Positions 1 to 11,771 are shown, numbered from the stretch's first letter. The stretch: 64,000 bases of DNA from Candidatus Bathyarchaeota archaeon (GCA_963775685.1 CAVZJV010000014.1:320001-384000), one strand, 5' to 3'. The notes: generated from the sequence alone by a model not told the origin. Numbers and translations are program-made.

Positions 1-121
1 CCCGCTCAAAAGCTAGTTTGTGCAAGTTAGTTAAAAGCTAACTTCAAAGGATAACCAGCATAAAAACCCTTTTGATTTCAAGTTACGCTAAGCTCTAGCG
101 CACTTAATATATAAGAGGCAA

Positions 122-931
122 TTGGCTTCACCATATAACGTGCCACGCAAGCGTAAACAGAACAACCATTTATTCAAATTCATAGTTGTTTTGTTGCTTG
201 CAGGTATAGCGTTTAGTCTAAACACCATAATAAATGGCACTATAACCCTAACTCCTACATCACAACCAATTAAGGGAAACAATCTTGCTCCAATGTTCCA
301 AAATGGAATAGCTAATTGTCGTTGGGGTGATGCAAACTTACATGGTGGGAATCCTTATTATGGCACTACACAAGCTGGTGAGATCGACTACAGCAATCTA
401 TCTCCTAATGGCTATCCTTCGATGAAAATTTATGCTTCTGCACCTGAAATTGATGAATACTTTTATGCTGTGCATCCCGGAGATCATATTGTTTTTTGTG
501 CTTGGCTGAAAACAGATGGAACTTCTGCTATTCCTTACGGTGTCAATATTGGAATAGACTTTTATGGCAACGGATACAGCATTGACGGTTTACCAAGTAG
601 CGGTTCAGAACTTAACTATTTTTCAGGAACCACTTGGAATCCTACATCGCCTTCTAATCCTCATTGGGTTAGCACAACTGGTACTGCTGCAGGCTATAAT
701 GTGATGTATGTCCGTTGGGGAACTACAAATTGGGTGCAAATGCAATATGATTTTATTGTTCCAAATGTTGCATATACTAAATGTCCGTACATAGCTTATC
801 CTCATACAATTCCATCGACATACATTAACTCTGTAGTTCTATGGGTTGGCTCTCAAGAAGCTGTTGGTAATTTAGTTTATGGCAGTCATACCGCTTGGAT
901 TGCGGATTCTGAATTTTATATTAACCCATAA
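122..931 (+). CDS. Secreted/membrane-anchored hypothetical protein, possible carbohydrate-binding beta-sandwich
   Basis: 269-aa ORF; basic N-terminus plus hydrophobic helix; G/Y/W/N/T-rich body. Confidence 0.6.
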   Translation: MASPYNVPRKRKQNNHLFKFIVVLLLAGIAFSLNTIINGTITLTPTSQPIKGNNLAPMFQNGIANCRWGDANLHGGNPYYGTTQAGEIDYSNLSPNGYPSMKIYASAPEIDEYFYAVHPGDHIVFCAWLKTDGTSAIPYGVNIGIDFYGNGYSIDGLPSSGSELNYFSGTTWNPTSPSNPHWVSTTGTAAGYNVMYVRWGTTNWVQMQYDFIVPNVAYTKCPYIAYPHTIPSTYINSVVLWVGSQEAVGNLVYGSHTAWIADSEFYINP

Positions 932-1344
932 ATTCCTCTCATAACAATGGAATCAACATGAAACAGCTCCAGTGTGGTTCGCAGATTCAGAACTTCATAT
1001 TAATGTTTGTAGATATGTCGATAAGTTCTTATTCGCTGCCACCCTTCCGCATCTCCCGCACACAACTCCCTTTTTCTTAAAAGGACGCGTATAAACTGAT
1101 TTCACAAATTGTCTCTAAAATTTGTACTTATTTTAAGAATTTGCTAACGATATTAACTTTATAGCCAATGTAATACAGCAGCAGCCACGAAAGGAAGAAA
1201 ACAATTTACCGGTTTCAGACGGTTATTCTCAGCTTAGCTGTATGTATGAATAGTTGATTGTTAAATGCTTATTGTGTTGTGTTATCGCTTAATTTGCCTA
1301 CTTAGTCGGTGCATTACAACCATTACACCAGCCCAAATCTATAA

Positions 1345-1638
1345 CAGAAGGTATATGAAATAACAGAAAACAGCCCTTCAGTTACATACACTAATTCTGA
1401 GGCTTTAGAATATTGGAAAAAGCAATTAGCCAACCGAGACGGCAAAACTGCTGTTCGATATCGCCAATACTTCAAGGGCTTTGTTGAATACATAGGTATG
1501 AAGCCAGACCAAATACTAGCGCAACGAGAACTTGAATTAAGAAGTTTAGACAGAAAAGTGCAGCGGGGATTTGAAAGTGAATTCAAACCCTACCTCGCCA
1601 AGAAAAGAGATGCAGGATTCGAAAGTTTTAAGGCTTAA
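1345..1638 (+). pseudogene. Remnant of tyrosine integrase N-terminal (SAM-like) domain
   Basis: Start-less open frame SEALEYWKKQLANRDGKTAVRYRQYFKGFVEYIGMKPDQILAQRELEL..FESEFKPYL, resembling archaeal integrase N-termini; no catalytic domain follows. Confidence 0.5.
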
Positions 1639-1669
1639 AGCATTCAATGTAGGATAGTGGCAGGTATGC

Positions 1670-2248
1670 ATGTATGATAAAAAAAGAAGACAATTGTTAT
1701 CGATACACTTTTCTTAGCTACACTTATACCGCTTCTAACTCTTGGTTTTTTGTCAGCAAGTAACACCTATATATTCTCAAGAAACTTGACGGTAAAAGAT
1801 ACAACGACCTCTAACATGGGCAAAGACCCATGTTTGATTTGTATTATGGAGATGTCTATTTTGGGGAATTGATCATTCGGGTTGACTCACCACTTAGAGA
1901 AGTCACGAATATCGTCTTGATACGCCAAACACCCATGAAGACTATGTCGTAGACTCAATACTTCTGAAGTTCAGTACAGGCGTTAACAATCCAACGAACG
2001 TTTACATGGAATGCAATTACCCGGCCGTTCCAACTACCTTCAAACAAGACAATTACGGAACAACAATAAGGATAGATGGCATGGAAGTTTACCATGGCGG
2101 AAGTGCACCGATTAACTTCATGGTCGAAAGCTACCGCAACGTAACTTTATCCATAACTGCTGACATCACATACCACGAAACATCGCTCTTACAATTAACC
2201 TGCTCTATGGCACATGTTTCAGTGTACACCCAAATTGAAACCAGTTAA
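1670..2248 (+). pseudogene. Frameshifted secreted hypothetical protein (ORF 2006-2248 is its 3' part)
   Basis: Signal-like hydrophobic segment near 1700-1760 and several frame breaks. Confidence 0.35.
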
Positions 2249-2479
2249 ATACACTACAACTCGGCGAGCCGTGCTCGTCTCGCACGTTCCAGACGACGGT
2301 TATGCGCCTCGGTCGTCGTAGCGGATAATCCCACCCTAAAGGGGATCTCCTCGTAAGTAAGAACTCTGTCTTGCCGGCATCTAATCTTTTTAGTAGAGGA
2401 ATCTTGACTTGAGTAATTCAACATGCGTGAAAGGGCTGAAAGACAACACATATATTTAGAACAAACCAAAGAGTAATAG

Positions 2480-2776
2480 GTGACTTATATGATAAATTTT
2501 GAAGATATTATGGGATTACAGGTAGTTACTTCAAGTGCAAAAATTATTGGAGAAGTGAAGGGAGCAAAAATTGACACCGAGACTTGGGCGATAAAGTTCT
2601 TGAACGTGAGGCTTACTGGTGATGCTGCTGAGAGTCTTGGGTTGAAGAAGAGGTTTAGAAGTTCCAGCATATGCATTCCAGTTAGCATGGTTCAAGCTGT
2701 CGCTCATGTTGTGACAATCAGTAGGTCTATTGAAGAGTTGGAGAGCTCTCAAGAGATTGCTGAGTGCAAAGACTAA
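2480..2776 (+). CDS. PRC-barrel domain protein
   Basis: DIMGLQVVTSSAKIIGEVKGAKIDTETWAIKFLNV...IPVSMVQAVAHVVTI pattern. Confidence 0.85.
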   Translation: MTYMINFEDIMGLQVVTSSAKIIGEVKGAKIDTETWAIKFLNVRLTGDAAESLGLKKRFRSSSICIPVSMVQAVAHVVTISRSIEELESSQEIAECKD

Positions 2777-3034
2777 AAACGCAGTAGGGCTTTTATGGAT
2801 TCAGTGAATAGTTGAATAGCGTTGATTAAGTTCTAATTTTTTCTTTTTTTTTTGTCAATTAGCTGGCTGCATGTGTAAAACAGAGGAAATAAATGTAGCT
2901 TTGCGTGCGCCCAAACAATCTGTTCCTATTGAATCATTGATGAATTCAAAACCAGCGTAGGTTATACTAATCTTACCAAAGAAGCACTAATTACTGCTTG
3001 AATGCTTATTAAATTAGACAGTAATTAATGTTAC

Positions 3035-3445
3035 ATGAAAAAATCGGCAATAATAATACTGGCGGTGGTTGTTTCTGCAGTCATTGTTCTATCAGTTGTT
3101 GGCGCAGCCTTACTCTCAGGAATGTTTGGAGCAGTATTTACCGCAACTGAGCCTGCTCAAATCAAAGAAGCTTCAATTGCAACAAATTTTGGTGGCGGAT
3201 ACAGTCTAGAAGCTGGAGCATATGCGCTGGAAGGAACCGCTCAAAACCTTGGACAAAAAGACGCAAAAAACGTTAGAGTAGATATCACTTTCTTTAACGC
3301 TGATACTCAACAGGAATTAAAGACACAAACAATCTCTTTTGGCGACATTGCAGCAGAAAGCACAAAAAACATCAATCTTTCTATTGAATTTCCAAGCGAT
3401 TCAGTGCGTGTTACTTTTACAACAACCGACCCAGTATGGGAATAA
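3035..3445 (+). CDS. Membrane-anchored FxLYD-like Ig-fold protein
   Basis: N-terminal TM; GTAQNLGQKDAKNVRVDITFFNA motif. Confidence 0.65.
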   Translation: MKKSAIIILAVVVSAVIVLSVVGAALLSGMFGAVFTATEPAQIKEASIATNFGGGYSLEAGAYALEGTAQNLGQKDAKNVRVDITFFNADTQQELKTQTISFGDIAAESTKNINLSIEFPSDSVRVTFTTTDPVWE

Positions 3446-3822
3446 ATTGAATTTTACTCAACTATTTTTTTCTTTTTGAGTTTTATTATCTATCGCTCGA
3501 CCAAACAGATTGAGACATTAATCCTTGCTTTACAAAATTAGGGTTTGCGGAAGACGTATAAAATCGGGGAGTGAGCGTATAAAAACTTATAACTAGTAAA
3601 AAACAATTAAGAACTCAGGAATTTGAAATGATTTTTGACCCTAAGAAATTACTAAGCCCAAAGGCGGGTTACCACCAACACACCAGCCTTTTTTACTAAC
3701 TCGCACCGTGCTTAACCTTTTGATACAAATGTGCGTAATAGTGCGCGGACGCTTTGATCGCTTGAAAAGCAAATTATAAAAGGATATAAAGAATAAGGGA
3801 ATAAAAATTACTTAGATTAACG

Positions 3823-4578
3823 ATGAAAGTAGGCCTTTTTGGGTTTGGTAGAGCAGGTAAAGCCGTTGCTACAGTATTGCTGCAAAGCGAAGAAACTGAT
3901 CTTTGCTGGGTTATCAGAAAATCAAAAGTTTTGCAGCATCGATCAGTTCCAGAGTTTCTTGGTATTAAGCATGATGACGACCAAGGATTAATTTTCCCCA
4001 AAGGTGAATGGACACCTGAGCAGCTTTTCGACAAACATCCTGTTGACGTTATAATCGATTTTTCTTCTGCTGATGCCGTGTTGTCTTATGGAAAAGAGGC
4101 GGCAAACAAGGGTATAGCCATTGTTACCGCAATATCAGCTTACCCCGATGAAACAGTTGCTTTGCTAAAAAACTTGTCACGGAAAACAAGAGTACTCTGG
4201 TCTCCTAATATAACTGTAGGTATCAATTTTTTAATGCTGGCAGCTAAAATCCTTAAAACTATTGCTCCTTACACAGATATTGAAATAATTGAAGAACATT
4301 TTAAAAACAAAAAAGGTGTTTCAGGTACAGCTATAAAAATTTCAGAGGCTTTATCACTGCCAGATACAGACATTAAATCTGTTAGAGCAGGCGGTATTGT
4401 CGGTCGCCACGAGATCATCTTCGGTTTTCCCTTCCAAACAGTGCGTTTAATTCATGAATCTATACAAAGAGAGGCATTTGGCGATGGGGCATTGTTTGCT
4501 GCTAAGAATCTTGTCGATAAAAAGAAGGGGTTTTATTCTATGGAGAACCTGTTAATACCCTATTTTAACATGAAATAA
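3823..4578 (+). CDS. dapB: 4-hydroxy-tetrahydrodipicolinate reductase
   Basis: GFGRAG Rossmann motif, DVIIDFS, SPN, EEHFKNKKGVSGTA, RAGGIVGRHEIIF. Confidence 0.9.
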   Translation: MKVGLFGFGRAGKAVATVLLQSEETDLCWVIRKSKVLQHRSVPEFLGIKHDDDQGLIFPKGEWTPEQLFDKHPVDVIIDFSSADAVLSYGKEAANKGIAIVTAISAYPDETVALLKNLSRKTRVLWSPNITVGINFLMLAAKILKTIAPYTDIEIIEEHFKNKKGVSGTAIKISEALSLPDTDIKSVRAGGIVGRHEIIFGFPFQTVRLIHESIQREAFGDGALFAAKNLVDKKKGFYSMENLLIPYFNMK

Positions 4579-4758
4579 TTATTTCGCCATTAGATAACTA
4601 AAATTTGTAAAATATTTTGGGATAGCTTAATAATACAACAGTTAATTCTTCATTTTTTTAGTTGGTGATCGCAACGCCTTTTGGCGGACTTATTTTTTTT
4701 GTTTTAGATTTCCAAAAGGAGGAAAAAAGGGTTGCTACAAATTCAGTGGAATAATCTC

Positions 4759-5118
4759 CTAAAACCAAGGAGCTAATATTCCAATTCCGATTATTGCCAC
4801 TGTAATTGCCAGTATTGCTATCACTATTGCGAATATTACTACTGCAACAACGGCAATCACGAACGCCTTTATCCATCCACAGTCAAAGAAATGTTTAATC
4901 AGTGCTAGCCAGACTATCAACAATATTATTGTTGCAATCAAGTTACCAATAAATGCGCCAACAATTGTGTTTATAACAGTGCCAAGAAAGACTATCCAAA
5001 GCGCATCGGTGAATTTTGCCTTGTCTTTTCCTGCAATTAATCTTCCAGAAATCCAAAGGGCCGGAGAAAGTATTATTGTCCCTATTACGATCTGTATTAA
5101 TATTCCTATAAAATCCAT
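4759..5118 (-). CDS. Small integral membrane protein
   Basis: 119 aa, about 4 hydrophobic helices. Confidence 0.75.
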   Translation of the reverse strand: MDFIGILIQIVIGTIILSPALWISGRLIAGKDKAKFTDALWIVFLGTVINTIVGAFIGNLIATIILLIVWLALIKHFFDCGWIKAFVIAVVAVVIFAIVIAILAITVAIIGIGILAPWF

Positions 5119-6188
5119 AATTCATCCTCTACATTTACTTGATTTAATTGATTTATAAACTTGAGCATTTAAATAGATTTGAAAGGAAAAAATATTCACA
5201 AATAACAACCATAAAGAGACCATAAAATAACAACACACCTCGCCTAGCAAGTACGTCTTCTAAAAGATACTTTTTTTGCAAAGCCAGAGAACTATCTCGC
5301 AGCAATCTTATCTAAAAAATTCCTTAAAAGTGTTTTCTCCATTTATCGTTTGCTTCATAGGCAAATTTTAAAAACAATTCTGAGCTATACTGGTCGGTTC
5401 ATCAATTGACTCTTTCTTTTCACTATTCCTATCTGCAATTGCCCCTTGGATGATACTTGCATCTATAGCATTCGTTATCGCAGGGTTGGATTATACGTTG
5501 GAAGAAATAAAAATATAGTTAAATCTCATTTACCAAGCGCCTTGATGAGATAGAAGAATGGCAGAAAAATCACTAAACTATGGTCTCTTGGACTTAGGAT
5601 AAGCAGTTAGTTACAGAAATCATTATCCTCGTAACTCATAAACGAAATGCAGTTTGCTTTGCCATTTCCATGATTATAGGCAGGCTTTAAATTTTTTGAT
5701 ACGTGCATGAAAGTTGCTGTTTCTGATTTTGATTGGAAAAAGGAAAAAATTGAAGAAGATGTAACATGCATTCATATGAGGCTTCTTTGATGTTTCAAGA
5801 TTTGCAGGAGTACGTACGTTGGGCTTTTCAAGCTAGTATCTAAATCAAGAGCTCTTAATTTGGGCAGTTTTATTTCTTCGATAATGAAGAGTTGTATTTG
5901 ATTCTCCTATGGTACCCGGGACTTTTAGTCGAAAGTAAAGGCAACATAGAAATGCATGAGTGCTACATTATCTATTGAGAGGATTTTGTGATTTATCGTA
6001 GATATTTTGATTCTCCTAATTGCGGGGGCTGTATGTACAAAGGAAGTAGTTACTGCTGGGGTCAATGCTCCTTAAACATCTGGAAAAAAGACAGGGAATA
6101 TTGATGATTTTGAAATTGTTAATGCGCGAGCCCTTTACCTATTTTATCTTCAAAGTTATCCCTGTTTTACCTATGGAGATTTAAGAAA

Positions 6189-6527
6189 TTGAATTCCGTT
6201 TTGGAAAAGACTCACTCGCTTATAATACGGGCGGTTGACTTTCAAAGAAATAAACCACTCCAAAGTGTTAACGTTAAAATTTTCAGATTAGAAAAAGAAC
6301 CAATAACTCCCAAACAATGGGCTGAAAATCTCAAAAATGGGTCTCCTTTTAAAAGTTTGGTTCTTTCGAGGAATACCGATAATAACGGTAACGTAACCGC
6401 CGAGCTTCCAGAGGGCTCATATGAAGTTACAGTCGAAAAATGTGGTTTACTTAAGGTCTGCGAATTAACCCAAAATGATGAAATTATCGCTATTGAACCG
6501 AAAAAGCAGTGGTGGAAAAAATCTTAA
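6189..6527 (+). CDS. Carboxypeptidase-regulatory-like (CnaB-type) domain protein
   Basis: NTDNNGNVTAELPEGSYEVTVEK motif. Confidence 0.6.
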   Translation: MNSVLEKTHSLIIRAVDFQRNKPLQSVNVKIFRLEKEPITPKQWAENLKNGSPFKSLVLSRNTDNNGNVTAELPEGSYEVTVEKCGLLKVCELTQNDEIIAIEPKKQWWKKS

Positions 6528-6819
6528 ATCCGATTAGCTAGAATAAATATACAAAAATCCATAAACCCGCAAAATATTTCTATATATTCGTATTAAAAAA
6601 ATGAGTTTTCAAACATTTGTTTATAAGTGCAGTTAGTGTATATTATTCTTGAAAAGTATTTTTTTGCACGGGTTTGGGTTAAGAGAATGATACTTTTCAA
6701 AAATAGAAGCGAAAAAAAAATGAGGATCTTAAAAATTAATTTATTGAAAAATTGTGTTGAATCTAAGTCATTGACACAAAGTAATTATGCTCATAAAAAA
6801 ATAGGAGCAAAGTAACTAA

Positions 6820-7074
6820 ATGGTGAGCTTAGGAAACCTAGCTCAGTGTCCGCAATGCACTCGAATGGGACGTATTGTTTGGATTTCGCAAAATGGAAAG
6901 ATTGTTGGAATCCAGTGTTCTAAAAGTCACCGCATGGAGAATTTACCTAATTCGTATGGGTTTGCACGTTCTCCGTCTAAGGCGAATAAGAATAGTGTTT
7001 TTCTAGTAAGAACGGAATCGTGTGGACCTTCGATAAGTTGTTGCCTTAACATTACAGGCTCTCCAGCAAAATAA
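6820..7074 (+). CDS. Small Cys-rich hypothetical protein (possible Zn ribbon)
   Basis: CPQC...CSKSH; GGAG RBS upstream. Confidence 0.5.
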   Translation: MVSLGNLAQCPQCTRMGRIVWISQNGKIVGIQCSKSHRMENLPNSYGFARSPSKANKNSVFLVRTESCGPSISCCLNITGSPAK

Positions 7075-7148
7075 AGATAGGTGCTGAATATAATATAGAT
7101 GGTTTCTCAAAACATTTTAGTTTTTATTCGAATTATTCTCGTTTTATC

Positions 7149-7614
7149 TTGAAGGCATTAAAGAAATCTTCTTTTCAAGAATTTCTTTGCACTATGCTTT
7201 TAGTGGAAAGCATTGAGGAAAAAACCGTTAATACTATTGATATTATAGTTTTTCCAGCTCCTAGAAAAAATGGATTCAATATCGTTGGCAAATGTGACCC
7301 TTTTAGGGGCAGAATTCGCATTTATCCAAAAACTTTTAACTATTCTTCTGCATTCAAGAAAAAGTACGGAAAAGACTACTTCTTTACTTTCGTAGGGAAT
7401 AGAGCTAGGGCAGCGTTAATTCACGAATTGTTACATCTAGAAGTACCTTAGTGATGAGAAAAAAGTACACGAATTAACGGCTACCTATTTTTCAGAATAC
7501 ATGAAAAAGAAAATAGATAAAAATTCAAATTTGATAACATTGCATAATCTAATATTTGCTTCCAAAAGCACACACTTATTTGGATCCCAAAATCAATTCA
7601 ATTCCGAACCCTAA
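7149..7614 (+). CDS. HExxH zincin-like hypothetical protein (frameshift near 7440)
   Basis: ALIHELLHL, continuing in another frame as KYLSDEKKVHELT. Confidence 0.5.
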
Positions 7615-7668
7615 TATGAGTAGGTGCATTTTAGATTTTTCTAAGCATTAGGATTACTTAAAATGGGT

Positions 7669-8960
7669 TTATTCGCTGTATTGCTTTTTTTTGTCTTTAC
7701 CGAATCTCAACTTTGCGGTCAAAATCTTCTCAGTAGCAAACAATCGTGAAGCAATGTACATTATGACAACAGTAAAATTGCAACGTAAACAATCCCAAAC
7801 ACAACAATGCCATAATCACCTGTTATCACTGCTTTTGCCGCGATAATTGGGTGACTGTATGGAATAGCGTAGAAAATTGTTTTTAGTGCCAGCGGCAGAG
7901 AATTAACGTCTAAGTAGACTAAAGCCAAAGAGGGAATGAAGATCAACGGGTAAATGTAACCAACCAACGCTTGTGCACCCCGCACATTTTCGATAAAGGC
8001 CGACATTATCACAGCCAACGCTAAAGCCGATAACAACGTAACGAATAAGCTAACACCCAACAATATATACCCGCCAACTGAAGGCACTAAACCCAGAGCA
8101 ACCAAATCCACGCTGCTTCCTACATTTCCTGCTATACCTTTTGAAATGGAGCCGATCATGTAGTTGTAGCCGATTAAAACAGCAATCGAAGCTGCTCCAG
8201 CAACAATTATGGTGCTTGAGACTTTCCCCATTAAGATTGCAAATCTATCTACAGGAGTTGTTAGCAGGGTCTCTAGGGTTTTCTCTTCCTTCTCCATAGC
8301 AACGCTGGTAGCTGCAATTTGCATAGCGTAAGTCAACATAATAATGATCGTAATGGGCAAAGCAATGGACTGTGACAACATCAAACTCGACAACGTGCTG
8401 GCGTCAACGCCCTGTTCGATTTGACCCTTAATTATACTTGATTGGGCGACTTCAACAACATCAGGAGCAACTGCACGATTAAAACCCCCCACAACTGCGG
8501 TAACAGCTGATCCGCCAATGCCGCTAAAAATTCCTCCTCCTCCGTTGAAAACGCCATAAATGTTAACCAAGCCTGTAACATTCCAAGCGCCTCCAGCATG
8601 CATAGTTAAGTTAGCGCTAAACCCAGATGGAATCTCTAGAAACATAGAACTGTTGTATTTTCCAAGTAATCCTTGGTCTACGATGTTTTGTGGTGAAAGG
8701 TTGTTGACAACTTGCACGTTCAAGGTGCTGTTTAAGTAGCCTACCAGCGCATTACTCCACGTTCCATTGTTGTCGTTGTCAACTAATAGCAAAGTTGCCC
8801 TTTGAGCTTCTGTCTGTTCCGTCTCAACTGCAAACCCCATGACTAAACCCAAAATAGGAAACATAATCAGGGGCAACACTATCATGCCAATTAGGATTTT
8901 CGGGTCACGCATGAGCTCTTTTAACTCTTTGACAAGGATCGTTGTGAAGCCTTTAAGCAA
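7669..8960 (-). CDS. ABC-2 type (NatB-like) permease; frameshift near 7775
   Basis: KELKELMRDPK start, EKEEKTLETLLTTPVDR..GK motif; C-terminus (..IASRLFATEKILTAKL..) in another frame. Confidence 0.85.
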
Positions 8961-9685
8961 AGCCAACCACCTTCGCAAAAACCTCTTCCAAGTTCTCGCT
9001 GTTATATTTGATTTTGAGAGTGTTTGGTTCCCCTTCAACTACCAATTTGCCCTTATGCACCAGCCCCACGCGGTCACAGAGATATTCAACCTCAAGCATG
9101 TTGTGGCTACTTAGCAAAACTGTGACGCCATGTTCCTTAACGTAGCGTTTAACAATCTCTCGTAATGTGATAAGCGTAAAGAACGTCTAAGCCACTTGCA
9201 GGTTCATCAAGCACCGCTAACTTTGGCCTAGTCATTAAAGCCCGTGCCACAAGCAGCCGCCGTTTCATGCCTTTGCTGTATGTTTTAGCTTTATCTTTCA
9301 ATCTATCGCCCAGTCCGCATATTTCCGTCGCTTCCTCTATGACGGCTTTTATGTCTGTTTCTGGTTTGCTTTGGAGTTTTGCCATGAACTGTAGGTACTC
9401 TAAACCTGTAAGATTAGGGTAAGCCCCCGATTCCTCAGGCAAATAGCTGATGATTTGCCGTGTTTTTTCAGGCTGCCTTGTTGCATCTTGCCCGAAAATG
9501 TTAATGGTGCCTGTTGTTGGTTTAATTAATGTACAGATAATTCGTAGAGTAGTGGTTTTTCCTGCTCCGTTTGGTCCGATTAAGCCGTAAATTTCGCCAG
9601 GTTTGATATTAAAACTCACACCGTCAAGTGCCTTTACTTGACCAAATTGCTTGGTTAACGATACTGCTTCCACGGCTAGGCTCAA
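8953..9685 (-). CDS. ABC transporter ATP-binding protein; frameshift near 9150
   Basis: GPNGAGKTT, YSKGMKRR, LDEP; continues in another frame as GVTVLLSSHNMLEVEYLCDRV to 8953. Confidence 0.9.
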
Positions 9686-9721
9686 GTTTTCCCTCTCTTT
9701 ATTGATTTTTGCGACAAATTC

Positions 9722-9901
9722 TTATTTAAATTTTAAGTACCCTTCGCCCAGCTTTTCAAGGTAATCCATAAATTTTTCCAGTTTTGCCTTGTCCATCTCA
9801 ACCAGTTCGCGGCGTCTGGCTTTAACATATTTGCGGAAAACTTCCAAACACTGAACAGCATTAAATGTTTCCTTTGAAGGCTCGAATTTGATCTCGCTCA
9901 A
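9722..9901 (-). CDS. Small hypothetical protein (59 aa)
   Basis: TTG-start ORF LSEIKFEPSKETFNAVQCLEVFRKYVKARRRELVEMDK..., directly upstream of the ABC genes. Confidence 0.45.
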   Translation of the reverse strand: MSEIKFEPSKETFNAVQCLEVFRKYVKARRRELVEMDKAKLEKFMDYLEKLGEGYLKFK

Positions 9902-10045
9902 TCTTAATGCGGTATAGCGTGGTTAAAAAAGTCATAAAAACAACCAATGTATTGCTGACTATGACAATTAGCGAAATATCAACCATGCAAGAGTCACTCT
10001 TCCCTATGAATAACATAAAAGAAAGGGTATTTTTCCTTTCGTTGT

Positions 10046-11275
10046 TTAGAAACAGTTGTTGCTTTCTGGCAGAATTCTCAGTACGCGAAGGATTTTTTTG
10101 AATTCATCTTCTTTTAGCGACGCTCTGCGTCCGTTAGCGTACATTTCTTTGACTGTATCAACGACAGCAGAGACGGTTTCATCATCTGGAACATTTCCTG
10201 AGAGCTCGATTATTTTGTGTTTGATTATGCCTTTTCCAGATTGTTTACCGATGGTTAAGCGCCTTGTGTTTCCGACCAATTCAGGCGGATAAGGCTCATA
10301 TGTCCAGGGGTCGTTGAGAACGCCGTGAGTATGAATTCCTGATTCATGAGCAAATCCGTAATCGCCAACGATTGCCTTGTTAGGCGGCACTACGTAGCCT
10401 GTGGCTTTGCCGATGTAATCGGCAGTTGCTTTGAGCTTCTCTGTTTTGCCCTTATACTTCTGGAACCCATAATGCAAGTAAAGGTTTAGCAATACCTTTT
10501 CTGTCTCGGCGTTGCCTGCGCGTTCCCCGATTCCAACAAAGGTAGTACTAGCATAAACTTTGTCCCATACACCTGACGATGCTTTTATCGCAGCCATAGT
10601 ATTTTCAACCGCATTACCAAAATCGTCGTGGGCATGAATCTCGATGGCGCTTATACGCGTTTCCTTCTTTATAGCCACCACTTTCGCTGGGATACCATGA
10701 GGCAACGGAGCATCTGGATCCGACAATCCGATACCGACGGTGTCACATATACGGTAACATTCCGCACCTGCATCTGCAATTGCGTTTATGAAGCGCTTTT
10801 CGAAATCCCAGTCTGCTCGTGTGCTATCTTCACCGTGAACAAAAGTCCTTAACCCACAAGTCTTGGCTGCGTATTCAGTTACGTCAACGACATTTGCCAA
10901 GATTTGTTCCCGAGTTTTTTCTGGCCATTTAGCCAAGAAATGAATATCAGATACGGGGTGGGAAATGCCAACCTCTTTGAGTCCGCATGCCACAGCGCTG
11001 TCGATGTCTTCTTTAACGGCTCTACACCAGCCTGCGACACGTAAATCAAGGTTTAAATCGCCGATGAGTCTGCAAGCTTTTTTGTCGGGTTCTTGGTAAT
11101 GGAAGAGTTCAATGCGTTCGACGCCTATTTCATCGAGTAGTTGAGCGATTTTTGCTGAGTCTTTGGGACCAGTTGCTAAGCCTGGCATTTGAATGCCGTC
11201 ACGAAGTGTAGTGTCATCTATAATTGGTTCTGTTTTTAGAGGCTTGAGTTTGAAATAGAAGTCTTTTATGTCCAT
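10046..11275 (-). CDS. DRE-TIM metallolyase (homocitrate/isopropylmalate synthase family; Re-citrate-synthase-like)
   Basis: DTTLRDG, HAHDDFGNA, GIGERAGNA, FAHESGIH; no LeuA regulatory domain. Confidence 0.85.
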   Translation of the reverse strand: MDIKDFYFKLKPLKTEPIIDDTTLRDGIQMPGLATGPKDSAKIAQLLDEIGVERIELFHYQEPDKKACRLIGDLNLDLRVAGWCRAVKEDIDSAVACGLKEVGISHPVSDIHFLAKWPEKTREQILANVVDVTEYAAKTCGLRTFVHGEDSTRADWDFEKRFINAIADAGAECYRICDTVGIGLSDPDAPLPHGIPAKVVAIKKETRISAIEIHAHDDFGNAVENTMAAIKASSGVWDKVYASTTFVGIGERAGNAETEKVLLNLYLHYGFQKYKGKTEKLKATADYIGKATGYVVPPNKAIVGDYGFAHESGIHTHGVLNDPWTYEPYPPELVGNTRRLTIGKQSGKGIIKHKIIELSGNVPDDETVSAVVDTVKEMYANGRRASLKEDEFKKILRVLRILPESNNCF

Positions 11276-11456
11276 TTTTCTTGCTCTCTTGTCTGGTTTT
11301 ACGTTACTTTAACGCATATTGGTAATGCTAATTAACGCTTACGTGTAATTGATAAACATTTCTGCACACTTTATGTAAGTTTGTCCAACCAAATATAGAC
11401 TTAACCATAAAATGTTTTGTCTTAAGCAAACAAAACCTTTACATTCAAAACATAAA

Positions 11457-11771
11457 TTAGCCAACATTTGTGTAAAGAGCTTTCAGCGTTCCCGAAACTG
11501 CCAAAACATGCATCGACGCAACCTTGCCGGCAACAGACGTAACTGTAGCCAACGAAGCCTTCACCATTGGCAAAGATAAAAGCGATGTACGAACCACAAA
11601 AATTTTGCGTTCTCCATCAAAATTGATTAAAGCTAATCCCGTCAAACTCGCTCCAACTTCACCATACAACTTTGAAACGGCACCCCACAGCGCATCCATA
11701 AAATCACGCTCGCAGGGCAAAACTTCACATTCAAGTTGGACGGCGAGATATCGACGCTTAATCCGTTTCAA
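11457..11771 (-). CDS. rnp2: RNase P protein component Rpp14/Pop5
   Basis: KRRYLAV...LYGEVG...VSGTLKAL; operon context. Confidence 0.9.
   Translation of the reverse strand: MKRIKRRYLAVQLECEVLPCERDFMDALWGAVSKLYGEVGASLTGLALINFDGERKIFVVRTSLLSLPMVKASLATVTSVAGKVASMHVLAVSGTLKALYTNVG

Noticed and set aside
880-1005. DGR template/variable repeat pair
   Set aside because: Mismatches are not adenine-specific and there is no reverse transcriptase in the window.
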